64,000 bases of DNA, taken from positions 343,277 through 407,276 of the forward strand of contig OZ246416.1 of assembly GCA_965231095.1 (NCBI GenBank), read 5' to 3'. Below the pieces are notes generated by a model. It ran no database searches. It saw only the letters and a list, made by a program, of their open reading frames with translations, and had not been told where the DNA came from. This document shows, in pieces, positions 11,381 to 21,703 of this stretch (the stretch's first letter is position 1; each line of letters opens with the position of its first letter). A program made the position numbers and the translations under genes. The stretch is from an uncultured Gammaproteobacteria bacterium (GTDB taxonomy: Bacteria; Patescibacteriota; Patescibacteriia; XYB2-FULL-38-15).

Positions 11381-12481
11381 TTAAAATTGTGTCGCCAAAC
11401 TGTACATCGGTAAAATTACCGCCGCCACCATAATGCCGACGCCTATGCCCATCAAAAGCATGATGAGCGGCTCCATAATCGTCGTCAAATTTCTCACCAT
11501 ATTTTCCGTTTCTCTCGTATAAAATTCCGTAATTCTTTCTAAAATAATACTGATTTTTCCGGTTTGCTCGCCAATCCCCAACATCTGCGTCACCATCACC
11601 GGAATTTCTTTACTTTTGGCAAAAACCGTCGTAATCGGATTGCCGTCTTCCACCTCGCGCATCGTTTTTGAAATCAACTCTTTATAAACCGCGTTGCCGG
11701 TAATTTCTCCGGCGATTTTTAAACTTCCGACAATTTCCACCCCGCCGGCAAGAAGCGTCGAAAGGCCGCGAGTAAAACGGACAATGTAAATTCTTTTAAA
11801 CAGCTGGCCAAAAATCGGGAGCTTTAATTTCAACATATCCCAAGATTTTCTTCCGAGAGGAAAACTGATCAAATATCTTATTCCCGCAACAGCGCCCGCC
11901 GCGAGAATCGCGAGCGCCCACCAATAATTTTTCATCACATCTGAAGTCGTAATCAAAATCCGAGTGGAAAGAGGCAATGTCCCGCCCGCTTCACGCAAAA
12001 TATCCGTTAATTTTGGAATGACAAAAATCATCATCACAATTCCAACGGCCACTAAACCAAATAAAATAAACGCCGGATAAATCATGGCGCCTTTTATTTT
12101 ACTCTGCAGATCATAATCTTTTTCCCGCTGCGTCGCGAGATAATCCAAAACTTCGTCCAGTTTTCCCGTCGTTTCTCCCGAGCGAATTATATTTACAAAA
12201 AAATCATCAAAAATGTGCGGATATCTTCCAAGCGCGATGGAAAGCTTCGCGCCGCCCTCCACGTCGGCGGCAAGATTTGCCACAACATTTTTTAAATTTT
12301 TGTTGGCCGTCTGACGGATCAAAACTTTTAAAGACTGGACAACCGGCACGTCAGCGGAAATCATAACCGAAAGCTGGCGGGCAAAAATAACCAAGTCCTT
12401 GGTCGGGACTCGGTTTAAAAATGGAATCTTTGCCAGGTATTTATCAAGATTTATGTCTAGGGTCATAAATTTAGAAATCAA
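11381..12481 (-). CDS. pilC: Type IV pilus assembly platform protein (GspF family)
   Basis: 366 aa polytopic protein with duplicated GspF-type domains. Confidence 0.9.
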   Translation of the reverse strand: MISKFMTLDINLDKYLAKIPFLNRVPTKDLVIFARQLSVMISADVPVVQSLKVLIRQTANKNLKNVVANLAADVEGGAKLSIALGRYPHIFDDFFVNIIRSGETTGKLDEVLDYLATQREKDYDLQSKIKGAMIYPAFILFGLVAVGIVMMIFVIPKLTDILREAGGTLPLSTRILITTSDVMKNYWWALAILAAGAVAGIRYLISFPLGRKSWDMLKLKLPIFGQLFKRIYIVRFTRGLSTLLAGGVEIVGSLKIAGEITGNAVYKELISKTMREVEDGNPITTVFAKSKEIPVMVTQMLGIGEQTGKISIILERITEFYTRETENMVRNLTTIMEPLIMLLMGIGVGIMVAAVILPMYSLATQF

Positions 12482-12502
12482 CTTTTAGCTCCCCTCCGCT
12501 CC

Positions 12503-14233
12503 CTACTCCTGCGTCGCCCGCAGTATTTCTTCTACGGTCGTCAGCCCCTCAAGCACTTTCAAAAATCCGTCCTGCTTCATGCTAACCATCCCCTGTTTTT
12601 TTCTTTCTTCGTTAAAACTCTTTACGTTAAATCCTTCGGCAATAATTCTTCTCAAATTTTCCGTTCCTTCCAAAACTTCTGAAATAACCACCCGGCCAGT
12701 ATAACCTTCATTATTGCAACGAGCGCAACCTGCTCCATGCCAAAATTTAAGAGGAGAATTTAAATCAACTCCGGGCGGCAAAAATTTCTTGGGCGTATCC
12801 GCTAACTCTTTTTTAATATTTTCTACAACATCAGCGGGCGTGGCGACTTCTTCCTTGCAAAAAGAACAAATTTTTCTAACCAAACGCTGAGCGATAACTA
12901 CGTTTAAAGTTGATGATAGTAAAAATGGCTCAACTTTCATGTCAATCAAGCGCGGGATGGCTCCGGCAGCATCGTTTGTATGCAGGGTGGAAAAAATCAA
13001 GTGGCCGGTCAGGGCGGCGTGAATTGCAAGTTCCGCCGTTTCGTTATCGCGGATTTCGCCAACCATAATAATATTTGGATCTTGGCGCAAAAGTGAGCGA
13101 AGCCCGGCGGCAAAAGTAAAACCGATTTCCGGCCGGATCTGCGATTGGTTTACTCCTTCAACATAATATTCTATCGGATCTTCCAGGGTGACAAGATTAA
13201 TTCCTTCACGATTCACCATGGAAAGCGCGGTGTAAAGAGTCGTTGATTTGCCAGAGCCGGTCGGGCCGGTTACAAGAAGCAAGCCATGCGGCCTTTTTAT
13301 TTCCCGACCAATAATTTCCACCGCCCGTCCGCGAAATCCCAAATCTTCAAGCGTTGCCGCTTTTGTCGCCGTCTCCAAAACTCTCATCACAACTTTTTCC
13401 TGATCCATCAGGGGCAGCGTGGAAATACGAAAATCAACATTTCTTCCATTAATCACTTGTCTGATTCTGCCGTCTTGAGGGGTTCTTGTCTCGTCCAATT
13501 TTAAATTTGCTAAAACTTTAATTCTTGCCACCACGGCCGCGTGAATGTAGGCCGGAAGAGCAAGCCGCGGACGGAGAACTCCGTCAATCCGGTAACGAAC
13601 TCTTGATTCTTTAAACGCCGGCTCAATATGAATATCCGAAGCCTTATTATCAACCGCGTATTTCATGATCATAGCGACCATTTTGGAAACCGGGGCTTTT
13701 TTAATCACCTCCGCCACCTCGCCCATCGGAATTTCTTCAAGCTCCTTTTCTTCTTTAAATCTTTCTTCGGCGATTTCCAAAACTTTTTCCACCTCTTTTT
13801 TCAAAATCTCATATTTTTTTGCCGCATCGCGGAAACTGGCCGAAGAAATTATAAAATATTTCACGGAGAAATTTTTTTCTTTGGCCAAAAAATTAATCGC
13901 TTCTATGGCCGCGATATTTCCCGGATTTACAATACCCACATTAACCGCGCCATCAAGCTTAAGAAAAGAAACAGCCTGGTGATTTTCCGCCACGTCTTTC
14001 GAAATAATATTCAGATCTTCATATTTTATCTCCCGGCCGACCAAATTAACATATGGCAAATTAAAAACCTTGCCCTTTACTTCGGCCAGTTTTTCTTCCT
14101 CAATCTGGCCGGATTCATCAATAAGGGCTTCTATGCTTTTTCCCGTTTTTTGACTTTGCTCCAAAAGAACTCCCGCCTTTTCTCCGTCAATCAATTTTTC
14201 CTGAAGCAAAATACTAAGCAATGGGCTGTCCAT
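12503..14233 (-). CDS. pilB: Type IV pilus assembly ATPase (GspE family)
   Basis: 576 aa; Walker A GPTGSGKSTT, Walker B and C-terminal tetracysteine. Confidence 0.9.
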   Translation of the reverse strand: MDSPLLSILLQEKLIDGEKAGVLLEQSQKTGKSIEALIDESGQIEEEKLAEVKGKVFNLPYVNLVGREIKYEDLNIISKDVAENHQAVSFLKLDGAVNVGIVNPGNIAAIEAINFLAKEKNFSVKYFIISSASFRDAAKKYEILKKEVEKVLEIAEERFKEEKELEEIPMGEVAEVIKKAPVSKMVAMIMKYAVDNKASDIHIEPAFKESRVRYRIDGVLRPRLALPAYIHAAVVARIKVLANLKLDETRTPQDGRIRQVINGRNVDFRISTLPLMDQEKVVMRVLETATKAATLEDLGFRGRAVEIIGREIKRPHGLLLVTGPTGSGKSTTLYTALSMVNREGINLVTLEDPIEYYVEGVNQSQIRPEIGFTFAAGLRSLLRQDPNIIMVGEIRDNETAELAIHAALTGHLIFSTLHTNDAAGAIPRLIDMKVEPFLLSSTLNVVIAQRLVRKICSFCKEEVATPADVVENIKKELADTPKKFLPPGVDLNSPLKFWHGAGCARCNNEGYTGRVVISEVLEGTENLRRIIAEGFNVKSFNEERKKQGMVSMKQDGFLKVLEGLTTVEEILRATQE

Positions 14234-14234
14234 A

Positions 14235-14477
14235 CTAAAATTTCATGAAAGGATTTATTTTACCTTTTTGCCCGGCTTCAACCGGCAAAACCACATACTC
14301 CTTCAATCCTTCGAATTTTTCATTGGAAAAAATCTTAACATTAAAATTCGTCTCCATGGTTTTTGCAACGCCAAGCACGCTCTCGGGCTCGCCACTTACT
14401 AAATTATAATATAAAAAATATCCGCCGGCCGCGACAACCAACAAAATAATTATTAAAATTAAAGCTCGCTTTTTCAT
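14235..14477 (-). CDS. Small single-pass membrane protein in pilus operon
   Basis: 80 aa; N-terminal TM ALILIIILLVVAAGGYFLYY. Confidence 0.35.
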   Translation of the reverse strand: MKKRALILIIILLVVAAGGYFLYYNLVSGEPESVLGVAKTMETNFNVKIFSNEKFEGLKEYVVLPVEAGQKGKINPFMKF

Positions 14478-14481
14478 AAAT

Positions 14482-15105
14482 TTATGGAGTAATCTGGACG
14501 GCAGACTCCGCCGCCGCCATGCGGTAAGTTTTTAAATTCAGGGCATAAGTCGCTGTTTCCGGCGTATAATTTATTGAAACAATATCCATTAATCTCAAGT
14601 TCGCTTCCAAATCGGTTAAGAATTTTTTAAAATCATTGTAAGAATCTTCCGAGTCCGGACCGGCCGTAAGATTTAAGGAAGCTTGAATTTCCATCACGCC
14701 TGAATTTTCTAAAATTTCCGTTGATTCTTTTTCACTGATATCAACTCCCAAAACAATGATTTTATTTTTCTTCGCTAAAAATTCAAACAAAGTAAAAAGT
14801 CCGGCTTCATCAATTTCATTGGGCAGCATCGCCTCAATTTTTTCCTTATCTTCGGAAGAAATTTCGTCGTAATTTTTCAATAATTTATTGATGTCGCTAA
14901 AAATTTTTGATTCATCTTGGAGCGCCTGACTCTTGGAAACTATTTTCGCTCGGGCACCCTCTAGGCGTCCGTACTCCGGCCAAATTAAAAGATATGCCGC
15001 AACGGCAAAAATCGTAATCAATAAAAATATCAAAAGCGCGGAAGACGATTTTGCTTTCGGTTCTTCCGGTTTTTCCTTATTTTTTTTCTCCTCTGCTTTT
15101 TCCAT
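14482..15105 (-). CDS. PilO-like type IV pilus assembly protein
   Basis: 207 aa; N-terminal charged region, single TM, coiled coil; positioned between pilN-like and pilB. Confidence 0.5.
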   Translation of the reverse strand: MEKAEEKKNKEKPEEPKAKSSSALLIFLLITIFAVAAYLLIWPEYGRLEGARAKIVSKSQALQDESKIFSDINKLLKNYDEISSEDKEKIEAMLPNEIDEAGLFTLFEFLAKKNKIIVLGVDISEKESTEILENSGVMEIQASLNLTAGPDSEDSYNDFKKFLTDLEANLRLMDIVSINYTPETATYALNLKTYRMAAAESAVQITP

Positions 15106-15111
15106 AATTAA

Positions 15112-16179
15112 TTATTTCAGAAAAATTTTCGGATTGAATTGTAATTTCGCGTCAAAATTAATTTCCGTGACATTTCCTTCGGTGTCTACGCTCGCGGAAG
15201 CGGAAAGAACCGAAACTTTGGAAACTTGATCGCCGGCGCGGAATGCCGTAATTTGCCTTGCCATCGCCGCGTAACTTTTTGCCACGCCCGACATTACAAT
15301 CTGTCCGTCGTCTCCGCCGATTAAATTAACAAAATAAACATCCGCCACGGTATTTTTTTCCAAAAAAGAAAATAAGTTTGTCCAATAAATATGATTTCCC
15401 AAAATTTTATCCGCGATTTTTAATTTTTTCTGAAAATTTTGCGCCTCGCCTCTCTCCGAATCCAACGCTTGATTTTTTTCTCTCGCCGCACCTAAATCCG
15501 CCTCAATTTTTTGTAAATCCAAATCTGCTTGCCCCTGATACCAGCCCAAAATAAAATACAATCCTCCGCCACATAGGGCTAAAATAATTGCCACTGAAGC
15601 GAGGAGAATCGCTTTCTTGGAAGTTTTTCTCTTTTCTTTATCCGCCGATTCTTCTTCAGGAATCAAAGTAATATCAGGAGGAATTTTCTCTCCCGGCGGT
15701 TTTGAAAATTTTCCTCTTGGCGCGTTATTTTTCTGCCGCGGCGGTTCAACTTTTTGCGGGGGCTTCGGCACCGGTAAAGGTTTGTTTTCCATGGGCGGCC
15801 TTGGCGGCGCGGGAGGCAAAACTGGTTTTAGCGCGGGCGGCGGAGTTGGACGAGAAAAAACAGGCGAAACAGGCGGAGGCGGAGAAGGTGGAACCGATTT
15901 TGGAATTTCTCTTTGTATTTTAAAAACTGAAAGATCCGGCTCCGCAGCTGGCTTTGGGGAAGGCGCAACCCCTTGCGACGCGGGCGCGGGTTTTGGCGTT
16001 GGTTTTGAACTAAAAAATTTCCCCATGAAAGTTGGTTTTTGGGATTTTTCCTCCATTTCGGGAACAAATAATTTCACCTCCGGCCTTTCTTCTTTTTTCT
16101 TCCTCTCTTCCGGCTTTTGAAATTCAGGAGGTAAAAGTTCAATGTCGTCGCTCCCGATGTTTTTCGTGCCGTTCGGCAT
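15112..16179 (-). CDS. PilN-like fimbrial assembly protein with proline-rich linker
   Basis: 355 aa; Pro-rich N-terminal half, TM helix, C-terminal PilN-like domain; follows pilM. Confidence 0.5.
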   Translation of the reverse strand: MPNGTKNIGSDDIELLPPEFQKPEERKKKEERPEVKLFVPEMEEKSQKPTFMGKFFSSKPTPKPAPASQGVAPSPKPAAEPDLSVFKIQREIPKSVPPSPPPPVSPVFSRPTPPPALKPVLPPAPPRPPMENKPLPVPKPPQKVEPPRQKNNAPRGKFSKPPGEKIPPDITLIPEEESADKEKRKTSKKAILLASVAIILALCGGGLYFILGWYQGQADLDLQKIEADLGAAREKNQALDSERGEAQNFQKKLKIADKILGNHIYWTNLFSFLEKNTVADVYFVNLIGGDDGQIVMSGVAKSYAAMARQITAFRAGDQVSKVSVLSASASVDTEGNVTEINFDAKLQFNPKIFLK

Positions 16180-16210
16180 TGTTATTTTATTACTTTATCG
16201 TCTACTATTT

Positions 16211-17272
16211 TTATTCCAATTCGCGCATCGCGAGCCCGATTGCCACAGAAAATTTTGGCCCGATTTGATCCAAAATCGGTTTTAGTTCTTCTGGATAAAT
16301 TATTCTCGCCCAAGGATTCCCGGCGTAAACTCGGAGATTCAACGCTCCCGAAAGATATTCAACAAAATTGGGCAGAAGCGCTCCGCCGCCGGTCAAAATT
16401 ACTTTTTCAATTCTTTTTCCCGATCCCCCTTCTTGATTTTGATAAATATTGGAACAATATTTTATTTCATTCAAAAGCATTGACAGCGCCCGCTCTACGA
16501 TTTTAGAAACTCCCCCGCCCGCGCCCGGCGACATCCCGGCATCGTATTTCATCTGTTCGGCCTGATTAAAATCAATTCCAAGGCTCGTGCCAATTTCTTT
16601 AGTAATATTTATTCCACCAACGTTTAAAGAACGGTTCAAAAACGGCACACCATTTTCAATAATGGAAATCGCCGTGCTTGCCGCGCCCATGTCCACCACA
16701 ATCACCGTGGATTTATCAACTCCAACGAGCGCGCGAACTAGGGCAAAAGTTTCTGTTTCCAAACTTACCAAATTCAAACCGGCGCCCTTGAAAATTTCTA
16801 AATATTTTTTTACCAAATTTTTCGCCGCCGCCGTCAGAAGAACTCTTGTTGTTTTCTGCGGAGCCGCGACCGGCGCGCCAACAGTCGGCGAGGCAACTTC
16901 TCCGGAATTCAAAACTTTCCAATCCAAAATCATCTCTTCCAGAGGCAACGGAATAATTTTTTTTGCCTCCCATCGCACCGCTTCAGCCAGATCTTTTCCC
17001 GGCGCGGCCGGAATATTTATCACTGAACTGAAAACCGAGGCGCTGGGCAGTGCCGCTACGGCTTGCTTGGAAACCGTTCTCGCTTTAGCGGAAATTTTTT
17101 TAATCAAATCAATCGCCCGCTCCGGAGTTTCGGTAAATTCTTTTTCCGGAAAACCGACGCTCTGCTCGGTATATCCATAAGTTAGAAGCCGCGGCCTCCC
17201 CGCCTCTTCTTTTAATTCAACAATTTTAATGCTTGTCGCGCCCAAATCAACGCCCAAATAACTTTTGGTCAT
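16211..17272 (-). CDS. pilM: Type IV pilus assembly protein PilM (actin-like ATPase fold)
   Basis: 353 aa; N-terminal LGVDLGATSIKIVEL actin-fold phosphate-1 motif. Confidence 0.8.
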   Translation of the reverse strand: MTKSYLGVDLGATSIKIVELKEEAGRPRLLTYGYTEQSVGFPEKEFTETPERAIDLIKKISAKARTVSKQAVAALPSASVFSSVINIPAAPGKDLAEAVRWEAKKIIPLPLEEMILDWKVLNSGEVASPTVGAPVAAPQKTTRVLLTAAAKNLVKKYLEIFKGAGLNLVSLETETFALVRALVGVDKSTVIVVDMGAASTAISIIENGVPFLNRSLNVGGINITKEIGTSLGIDFNQAEQMKYDAGMSPGAGGGVSKIVERALSMLLNEIKYCSNIYQNQEGGSGKRIEKVILTGGGALLPNFVEYLSGALNLRVYAGNPWARIIYPEELKPILDQIGPKFSVAIGLAMRELE

Positions 17273-17345
17273 ATTTTATTAACAGTTAACAATTGACACT
17301 TAACAATTAACTTTATTATAGCACAAAAATAAGCCGCAAACCATT

Positions 17346-18926
17346 CTACGGCGCCGCCTCCCGCCAAACAGGCAGGGCTCCGATTAAATCAGCCATTCCC
17401 GGCGGCGTATTGGCCAGCACCCGGCCGTCGTAAATTACTTGTTCCGAACCGCGCTCCGCCGACTGCCAAAGCCGCTCAAATCTAAATTTTTTTGTAAGCA
17501 TTAATCCGCGAACCGTAAGCGGTACGTCGGTCCGGCGGTTATTAGTCGTCCCCGTACTGATTTCTTGTTCCGCGTAAAACGCCCCAACCAACTTTTCCAC
17601 TGCCGGATTAATTATTATTTTCCCTTTCATTCCGGAACCGTCGTCAAGCACCAGCCAACCGACCGAAGCCAAATTTGTTAAATTCGTCACTGCTCCGGCT
17701 TGATAAGCAAGATCGCCGGTAATTGTTAGATTTCCTTTGACCACAATCAGCCCCGCCCCACTTTGCCGCCCGGGGCCATTGCTGAACGTTTTAGCGTTAA
17801 TTGTAAGATCGCCATTTTTATAATAAACTTTTCCCGCGAGCAAATCCGGGATATCCCCTTCTCCCGCAATATTTTTTATCAACCCATATTCACCGGCTAA
17901 AATCCCATCCAAGTCAATTTTCCCAAAAATATTTGTATAAAGATTCGCCGACTTGGGAAAATCAAAATTTTCAAAAGGCGTCCTGATGCATCCTTCACTG
18001 CTTACAAAATGCGTAACCGCGCCCGTGGATAAAATACAATAAGTCGCATTATATTTATTAATCAATTCAACAAAACCGCTCGGCGATTCAACCGAAAGTT
18101 TTCCATAAATTTCTCCGTATTTTGTTTCAAGCCAAGGCGAAGCCAAGCCAAGCCCGCCCGGAGTCGGAGAAAAATTCAGCCAGCCGACGCCGACTGCCGG
18201 ATCATCATTTCCGTTCCAAGCCCACCCGACGATTCTTCCGTTTTGTCGATCAACCGACACTCCGTATTTGTCGCAAAAAGTGCAAGAGTTACACGTATCT
18301 TCCGACGCTCCCCGCGCGCAATCAAAACACTGGCCGCAAATATTTCCGATTCCTGTTTCTGACGGATCGGGAAATTTATCAGTAAAACAAATATTACATT
18401 GGTAATCAATTATTGGCGGATCCCCGGGAATTTCCACGTCCTGGCAATCAGCGCAGGCGCGATACGGCCCGCCCGGCATTCCAGCGTCCGGTCCGCGAAG
18501 TTTTAACCATCCTCCGTCTCCCAACGCCAAAACTTTTGCCCAACCCGTAATTCTTCCGAGAACCGAATCATAAATTGCCCGCGCCACCGCTCCGCCCGGT
18601 GCGAGCTCTCCAAGGGGATTACTAAAACGCACCCACCCAACATTTTCCGACCAAAGATAACCGCTAACTGTTCCATCATCTTCCACGTTCATTCCATAAT
18701 CAATTCTCCCGATGTCCGGACACAATCCTAAATTTGAACAATTCGCCGAAAACCAACCAAAATTATCCGATGACCATGCCCAACCCGCAACATTATCCCC
18801 CTCGCCGGCTTGAGCCTCATCAATCTTCTCTTTTACCAACAAAAAAGCGCTGATTGAAAAAATAAAAAACAAAATCAGCGCCAATTTAAAAATTTTACTG
18901 CTAAGGATTTTTCCTGCCTTTTTCAT
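17346..18926 (-). CDS. Large secreted cysteine-rich protein (signal peptide; CxxC clusters), possibly pilus-associated
   Basis: 526 aa; N-terminal hydrophobic leader; central region CADCQD...CNICFTDK...CGQCFDCARG...CNSCTFCDKYG. Confidence 0.5.
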   Translation of the reverse strand: MKKAGKILSSKIFKLALILFFIFSISAFLLVKEKIDEAQAGEGDNVAGWAWSSDNFGWFSANCSNLGLCPDIGRIDYGMNVEDDGTVSGYLWSENVGWVRFSNPLGELAPGGAVARAIYDSVLGRITGWAKVLALGDGGWLKLRGPDAGMPGGPYRACADCQDVEIPGDPPIIDYQCNICFTDKFPDPSETGIGNICGQCFDCARGASEDTCNSCTFCDKYGVSVDRQNGRIVGWAWNGNDDPAVGVGWLNFSPTPGGLGLASPWLETKYGEIYGKLSVESPSGFVELINKYNATYCILSTGAVTHFVSSEGCIRTPFENFDFPKSANLYTNIFGKIDLDGILAGEYGLIKNIAGEGDIPDLLAGKVYYKNGDLTINAKTFSNGPGRQSGAGLIVVKGNLTITGDLAYQAGAVTNLTNLASVGWLVLDDGSGMKGKIIINPAVEKLVGAFYAEQEISTGTTNNRRTDVPLTVRGLMLTKKFRFERLWQSAERGSEQVIYDGRVLANTPPGMADLIGALPVWREAAP

Positions 18927-18968
18927 GCTTTAATTATAACACAAAAAACTCTTCCTGTGATCTATAAA

Positions 18969-19128
18969 TAAATCAGCGATTTTATCGAAAAAACCTTGCG
19001 GAGGGCCGCAGCAAAATTTACACTTTCAAAAATATTTCCGCGGCCCGAGCTAGAGCGCGCGGAAAAAAGATATTTTCTCTAATAAAATTTCTTGCGACGC
19101 GTGTTTTTGAGATAAAATCGCTGATTTT
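18969..19128. repeat. Intergenic nested inverted repeats (outer ~18-bp IR aaatcagcgattttatcg / agataaaatcgctgattt; inner gggccgc...gcggccc)
   Basis: Reverse-complement matches read directly; lies in the promoter region of the 17346-18926 gene. Confidence 0.4.
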
Positions 19129-19532
19129 TAATGTTGGTCAATCGCTTCATTCACCAACTTATCCGCCTCTTTATTTTTTTCCCGCGGCACATGCGTGAAA
19201 GTAGCCTTTTTAAATCCCATACTCAAGTTCCAAGCCTGAACAAAAAGCGGCGCCAGATCTTTATCCTTAACTTTATATTCTCGATTTAATTGTTTAACCA
19301 CAAGCTCACTATCCAAAAAAAATTCCAATTCTTCCACGCTCAATTTTTTAACCTCTTCCAGCGCCAAAATCACGGCTTTGTACTCAGCCTGATTATTGGT
19401 TGCCACGCCAATATATTTTTTATGCCGCCCGACAAGCTCGTTTCCCGACCAGATGACCACGCCAATCCCGGCCGGCCCGGGATTACCGCGCGCGCCGCCG
19501 TCGGTAAAAATTTGAAGTTTATTATATTTCAT
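19128..19532 (-). CDS. rnhA: Ribonuclease HI
   Basis: 134 aa; TDGGARGNPGPAGIG ... AEYKAVILALE catalytic motifs. Confidence 0.85.
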   Translation of the reverse strand: MKYNKLQIFTDGGARGNPGPAGIGVVIWSGNELVGRHKKYIGVATNNQAEYKAVILALEEVKKLSVEELEFFLDSELVVKQLNREYKVKDKDLAPLFVQAWNLSMGFKKATFTHVPREKNKEADKLVNEAIDQH

Positions 19533-19536
19533 AAAT

Positions 19537-21261
19537 TCACTCGTTCAATTTTAAATCAACAATTTTCATTTGCAATTCCCTATTTCCGTTCCACTCATTA
19601 ACATCAACTTCAAAAACCACATCAATCTTGTCACCAATTTTTAATTTCTGACACCAATCTCCAAAACAAAACCCAATAAATTTTTTCCGCAAACCATTTC
19701 CCTGGCTCAAATTTATCCGCAAATGATTTCCATTTGTTCCGACACTTTCCAAACTTTCCACCGACATTCCTCGACCCAAATACCGCGGCCGCTCATTTGC
19801 TCGGCCAAACGGCGCAAATTTTTCCAAAAGCCCAAACAATTCCCAATTTATTTTTTCCAAATGCACTTCCGCGTCAATCTCTAGGGTCGGCGTAAGATCC
19901 GCCCCGTCCAATTTTTTCTCCGCGAATTTTTGCAATGCTTTTTTAAATTTTTTAAAATCTTTTTTATTTTTCAAAGTAAAACCGCACGCTCCGGCATGCC
20001 CGCCATAGTGAGACAAAAATTCTTTTGCCGCGCGAAGTCCTTCCATAATATCAAACTCCGGAATACTTCTCCCCGAACCCATAATCACGTCCTCGCGCTC
20101 AGTCATAACAAAAGTCGGCCGCCAAAATTTATCGGCAATTTTCCCCGCGACCAATCCGACAATCCCGACCGGCCAGCCCTCCCCCAGAGCGAACAAAACT
20201 TTTTCTTCCCCAATCTCTTCTCCGATTTGCGCCTTTGCCTCCCCCATAACTTTCTCGCTCAAACTCTGCCTGCTTTCATTTGTTTTATTTAGGGCGTCAA
20301 CAAGATTTTGAACTTCTTTTACGTCGTCGGTTTTTAAAAGTTCATACGCCTGATTGGCGTGATCAATTCTTCCCGCCGCGTTCAGCCGCGGACCGATTTG
20401 AAAACCAACATTTTTCGCGTCAAGATCTTTATTTTTATTCAAACTCAAAGACTCAATTAATTTTTTCAAACCAATCCTTTGAGTTTTATTCAAAACTAAA
20501 AGTCCATATTTCACGATCGTCCTATTTTCTCCCAAAAGCGGCATAATGTCGGTGATCGTCGCGATTGCTACCAAATCCAAAAGCCATTTTTCAAAAGCTT
20601 CGGGATCAAGCTGTAATCCACTGCTCGCGAACCGCGAACTTCGGAGTATCGCTTGCACCATTTTAAACGCCACGCCTGCGCCGGACAATTCCTTGAAAGG
20701 ATATTTTTCCCGGGCAAGATGCGGATCAATAATCGCGAACGCCGAGCTAGGCAATTCCGGCGGCTCGGCATGGTGATCGGTAATGATTACATCAATTCCC
20801 AACTCCGCGGCTTTTTTTATTTCCAGACGATTACTAATTCCACAATCAGTCGTGATAATCAATTTTACTCCATTTTTTCCCAACTCTTCCACGGTTTGCA
20901 TATTAAGTCCATAACCTTCAAGTTCGCGATGGGGAATGTAGACCCCAACATCCGCGCCCATGGCGGAAAGCGTGGACACCATTACTAACGCGGAGCAAAC
21001 TCCGTCGGCGTCGTAATCACCGTGCACAACAATTTTTTCTTTTTTTTCTATGCCCCCAAAAACCCGCTCCACCGCCTTTTCCATATCTAAAAATAAGAAC
21101 GGGTCATGAATATCCTGGCTATAATCAGGATACAAAAATTCATCAATTTGCTCTTGGGTTTTAATTCCGCGATTTGCCAATAATTGCAAAATCACCGGAT
21201 CAATTTCCGGGAATTTATTTTTAAACTCTTCACTGATTTGCTCGGCGACTTCCCACTTCAT
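19537..21261 (-). CDS. recJ: Single-stranded-DNA-specific exonuclease RecJ (DHH/DHHA1)
   Basis: 574 aa; DHH motifs HGDYDADGVCS and ITDHH; terminates with TGA, showing UGA is a stop in this genome. Confidence 0.9.
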   Translation of the reverse strand: MKWEVAEQISEEFKNKFPEIDPVILQLLANRGIKTQEQIDEFLYPDYSQDIHDPFLFLDMEKAVERVFGGIEKKEKIVVHGDYDADGVCSALVMVSTLSAMGADVGVYIPHRELEGYGLNMQTVEELGKNGVKLIITTDCGISNRLEIKKAAELGIDVIITDHHAEPPELPSSAFAIIDPHLAREKYPFKELSGAGVAFKMVQAILRSSRFASSGLQLDPEAFEKWLLDLVAIATITDIMPLLGENRTIVKYGLLVLNKTQRIGLKKLIESLSLNKNKDLDAKNVGFQIGPRLNAAGRIDHANQAYELLKTDDVKEVQNLVDALNKTNESRQSLSEKVMGEAKAQIGEEIGEEKVLFALGEGWPVGIVGLVAGKIADKFWRPTFVMTEREDVIMGSGRSIPEFDIMEGLRAAKEFLSHYGGHAGACGFTLKNKKDFKKFKKALQKFAEKKLDGADLTPTLEIDAEVHLEKINWELFGLLEKFAPFGRANERPRYLGRGMSVESLESVGTNGNHLRINLSQGNGLRKKFIGFCFGDWCQKLKIGDKIDVVFEVDVNEWNGNRELQMKIVDLKLNE

Positions 21262-21439
21262 ATCAAAACATCGGCGCGACAGTCCAAATAATCATGGAAA
21301 AAACAACCATGGCGCTTAAAATTATCCAAACAATTTTTTGTATATTTCTTTTTTTCATAAATAAATTAAAAAAATAAATATTGGACTATTATAGCACATT
21401 TTAAAAAACAAAAACACCGCCACCACATTACCCTCCTCG

Positions 21440-21473
21440 CCCCTCCGGGGAGAGGGTTGGGTGAGGGGGCAAA
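21440..21473. repeat. GC-rich palindromic repeat, copy 1 (cccctccggggagagggttgggtgagggggcaaa), bracketed by 20-bp perfect direct repeats aaaaaacaaaaacaccgcca (21403-21422, 21471-21490)
   Basis: Direct sequence comparison with copy 2 at 23176-23216. Confidence 0.5.
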
Positions 21474-21500
21474 AAACAAAAACACCGCCAGTCGGCGGTG
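21471..21500 (-). terminator. Putative intrinsic terminator for the GC-rich gene (hairpin caccgcc-agtc-ggcggtg, then TTTTTGTTTTTT on minus strand)
   Basis: Stem-loop and T-run read directly. Confidence 0.45.
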
Positions 21501-21703
21501 CCCTTGCGTGGGATTTAAAGATAGTCAAAAATGACTAAAATTTTATTTTTGTTTTGTAATCCCTTTTCTCCAAACCAACTTATGTTGATTTAGAGGAAAG
21601 GGACTTGGAGCAAGCGAACATCACTTTGCATCTTGCGATGTTTGGTGAATGCGGTCCGAATTGCTCGGACCTGCTTGCTCCAAGATCTGGGTTGGACTTC
21701 TCT

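Noticed and set aside
13628-14248. 206-aa plus-strand ORF antisense to pilB
   Set aside because: Phe/Asn/Ile-rich junk translation opposite a well-conserved ATPase gene.
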